A stretch of DNA of 64,000 bases from Felis catus. Its lineage: Eukaryota. This document shows positions 61,111-64,000 of the stretch, in pieces. The stretch lies in the NCBI RefSeq assembly GCF_018350175.1, contig NC_058377.1, forward strand, positions 100,564,001 through 100,628,000. The letters are read 5' to 3'. Positions within the stretch are counted from its first letter, which is position 1. Each line of letters begins with the position of its first letter. Below the pieces are notes generated by a model. It was not told the DNA's origin and did no database searches. It saw only the letters and a program-made list of their open reading frames with translations. A program made the position numbers and the translations under genes.

Positions 61111-62429
61111 AAGAGAGCATGCTCACTGGAAGGAAACCACAAGCAAGAACCAAAGGGAAAGAACTACCAGGCTTGAATGGGCAACAGTTGAGAAGGTCAG
61201 TTTGGTTGGGGTTTAAGGAACAATGCTGGGGAAAAAAGCTGAAAATCCAGATGTGACCTAATGTACATTTTGCATGACGTTGGGGATAATAACAATAATA
61301 AGAATAATAATATCCTCCCAGAGTCTTTGGAAGCATTGGGCATAATAAAGGAAAAGTCCTTGTGCAGTCCCTGAGCACACGTGCAGTAACGTTACTATGA
61401 CTGGTTTTAGGAGGGCAGAGGGAGGCTGTTCCCTGTATTTGAGCTGAGAAGTGCCATAGTTGAGGCTGTGTGGTGGCTAAAGCAGGAGCCCAAAGGGATG
61501 GGCGGGTGGGGAGAGACATGAGGCAGCTGAGAGACCAGCAAGGTAACAGGTATGCTCTTGGCCTGACAGAATCCATTTCTGGACTTGGCCCCTCTCTTGA
61601 GTTGGAACTCAGGGATAGACGATAATGAGAGAATTGGTGAGAGGGAAGAGGAAGAAGAACCGGCGAAGAACAGAGGAGGCAAAAAGCCCTCATCCTCTTG
61701 ACCTTTGGTGAGAAAATCATTTTTTGTTTTCTTATTGACTCTCCATCCCCATTTGCATATTCCGTCTCAGAATCTGGAAATGGCTTGCACACTGTCAGGG
61801 CTGGGGGCATGACTCAGGGCTGAAATTAGGTTTGCATCTTCTTTGGCGGAGGCATGAGGAGAACCCTGGTTTCTTGGGGACTCCTTTTCTCCCCGGAAAT
61901 GGCTGCCTCGACATTGTGGCCTCCTGTTCTTACTGATCAAGCTGATCAAGTCCCTTTTACCTCCTCACGTTCTCATGCCCATTTTGAAGCCTGAAGTTGT
62001 AAATGATGCTGAGTTAACCACAAGGTAAGCTTGTCTTTCAGGGACGTAACAAAGTGGGGACCCTTCCTTGCAAGAATATTGATTCTATCATGTTCTTTCT
62101 GTCTGGCCCGGCTTTCCTGTGAACTTACTTACGTGGCTCCTCAAAATGTAGTTGAGTTGGAGGCTAATCCAGGCAAAAGGCTGACTGGATACAAAGGAGT
62201 GTTTCCAAATGGTGCTTACTTCGGCATTTCTGTTACACTGGGATTCTCACCGGGGATGGGCAAGAATCTTACAGCTTCACTAACAGAGCTATGTGCAGAC
62301 CTTGCCCAGGATGGAGAGCCACTAGCTCAGACATGGCTGTGCACCTTGCTGAAACCAGATGTCTTCTTTAGCTTCCTGGCATGACTTAGAGGGCTCACAT
62401 GTCCTACAATGAAGGTTTATTCTTGTGAA

Positions 62430-62513
62430 TAAATAAATATTTATATATATATAATATATATATTAATATAATAAAATAATAAATAATAATTATATATATA
62501 AATAAATATTATT
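62430..62513. repeat. AT-only low-complexity tract
   Basis: About 80 bp of A/T only. Confidence 0.85.
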
Positions 62514-62869
62514 GTGGCTTATTTGGCTGGGAAGGTTAAGTGTAAGAAGCAGAAAGCAGATGTCTGCAGGTGTTTCTGTGTTGACGTTGCCTTTGTATAA
62601 ACTGATGGAGATTCGGCATATTTACAACCAAAGGAATTCAGAAAAAAAAAAAAGATGTCATATGGGATTCTTGATAGGTAAATGTAAATGTAATTGCTTA
62701 TATTTTTGAAGTACTTTGTGAGGCAATTTACATGAATTTCTCATCTCTTTTGTAAAGGTAAGGAGACTGAGTTTGGGAAGCTGGGTATTCAGTCCAAATA
62801 GACTCACCAGCACGCAGTGGAGCTAAGATTCAAACTCAAGTCTCATCATTGGTTCGCTGGAACTCTTTG

Positions 62870-63071
62870 TTTTTTAAGTTTGCTTATTTATTTATTTTGG
62901 CGGGGGGGGGGGGGGGAGGGCAGAGAGAGAGGGAGAGAGAAAATCCCAAGCAGGCTCCACACTGTTAGCACAGAGACTGACAAGGGCCCCAACTCACAAA
63001 CTGTGAGATCATGACCTGAGCCAAAAATCAAAGAGTCTGATGCTTAACTGAGTGAGCCACCCAGGTGCCCC
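62870..63071 (-). mobile_element. CanSINE
   Basis: Imperfect TSD ggtt(c)gctg(g/a)aa(c/t)tctt. Confidence 0.9.
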
Positions 63072-63289
63072 AAGGTTGCTGAAATTCTTAAGTGTGATAC
63101 TATCCTACCTTGAAACGTTGCATAATAAAAGAAAGAACAAAGTATACCATTACAGAATGCTTAATGAATTGTCATTTCTTTAATAAATAAAGAAAATAAT
63201 ATCGGTTAACACCTACTATGGGTAGCTCGATAGTGATTGGTGGTTTGCTTTAGGGGAACATGCTGTCTAATGCATGAGATTCCTATTTC

Positions 63290-63450
63290 TTGTTGTATCC
63301 TAATGGTAACTTTAAAAGGTAGAGGTAATTATTTCCACTTTACAAAGTTGAAAGCTGAGCTCTGAAGAAGTAAAGTGACTTCCTTAAGATCACCCACAGT
63401 TTGTTGCAGAGCTCAGCTTTCACCCAGATCCACCTGCCTATCTTGCTCAT
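63290..63450 (-). mobile_element. MIR
   Basis: tttccactttacaaagttgaaagctgagctctga..aagtgacttccttaagatcaccca. Confidence 0.55.
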
Positions 63451-63531
63451 TTCCACTCTTTCCACTGTGTCATGATGCCTTGAGGTAGTAGGTTAATAGG
63501 AAAGCAGCACTCAGCATTAAACTTTTCCCAT

Positions 63532-63768
63532 GGTGGAGGGGAAGGAAAGAAAAAGTAAAAAAGAAAAAGAAAAAAGAAAAAAAAAGAGGTTAGAGTGGGA
63601 GAGAGCCAAAGCATAAGAGACTCTTAAAAACTGAGAACAAACCCAGGGTTGATGGTGGTGGGGGGGAGGAGGGTGGGTGATGGGTATTGAGGAGGGCACT
63701 TTTGGGATGAGCACTGGGTGTTGTACGCAAACCAATTTGACAATAAATTTCATATATTGAAAAAAAAC
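63532..63768 (+). mobile_element. L1_Fc-type (felid) 3' end
   Basis: gagagagccaaagcataagagactcttaaaaactgagaacaaa..ggatgagcactgggtgttgt..aaccaatttgacaataaatttcat, poly-A; aaactttt flanking repeat. Confidence 0.85.
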
Positions 63769-63779
63769 TTTTTCAATAA

Positions 63780-64000
63780 AAAATAGAAATATAATGTATA
63801 ATATATTTTTGATAACAACAGGATTCTATTTATGAAAAAGAATACAAGAAATGAGAATGAAAGACCATTATTTCTCTTGAACACAGACATGAAAAATTTT
63901 AACAAAACATTAGTAAATCAGATCCTGCAATAAAAACCAATACACCACAGTCTAGGGGGTTCATCCGAGCAATAAAAGTCTTGTTTGACAATTAAAAAAC
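63780..64000 (+). mobile_element. Old L1M ORF2 fragment
   Basis: agaccattatttctcttgaacacagacatgaaaaattttaacaaaacattag. Confidence 0.5.

Noticed and set aside
61088-61810. 240 aa minus-strand ORF
   Set aside because: No recognisable domain, low-complexity composition, no supporting gene structure; likely chance.

Overview
Mammalian, AT-rich genomic DNA from a felid: it carries about 35 tRNA-derived CanSINEs of SINEC_Fc type and an L1_Fc-type 3' end, plus two N-gaps from a scaffold assembly. The window is part of a class II olfactory receptor family 4 (OR4) cluster. Five intact single-exon OR coding sequences are present: three OR4P4-like paralogues on + (4403-5359, 13700-14635, 49378-50313), an OR4C46/OR4C13-like gene on - (22763-23692) and a divergent OR4 gene on + (34858-35787). 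There are two OR pseudogenes: a 5'-deleted copy of the 34858 gene (about 6777-7190) and an OR4C16-like gene with frameshifts and a SINE insertion (about 56323-57526). Non-coding flanks show the cluster was built by old tandem duplication of multi-kb cassettes: about 6.8-17 kb matches about 35.3-53.3 kb, 1-6.7 kb is a third copy of the OR4P unit, and an orphan intron piece sits at 59.4-60.3 kb. The rest is SINEs, L1 fragments (two with twin-priming inversions), Tigger-type DNA transposons, a solo LTR, MIR/L2 and microsatellites. I see no evidence for a wholly new biological system. The notable items are evolutionary or regulatory details: an OR C-terminal tail apparently recruited from former 3' UTR, a U2 snRNA fragment fused to an L1 end, nested inverted SINEs in an OR 3' UTR, a candidate Lhx2/Ebf composite motif, minimal uORFs and several templated-repair scars. 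All family assignments come from recalled motifs, not database searches.
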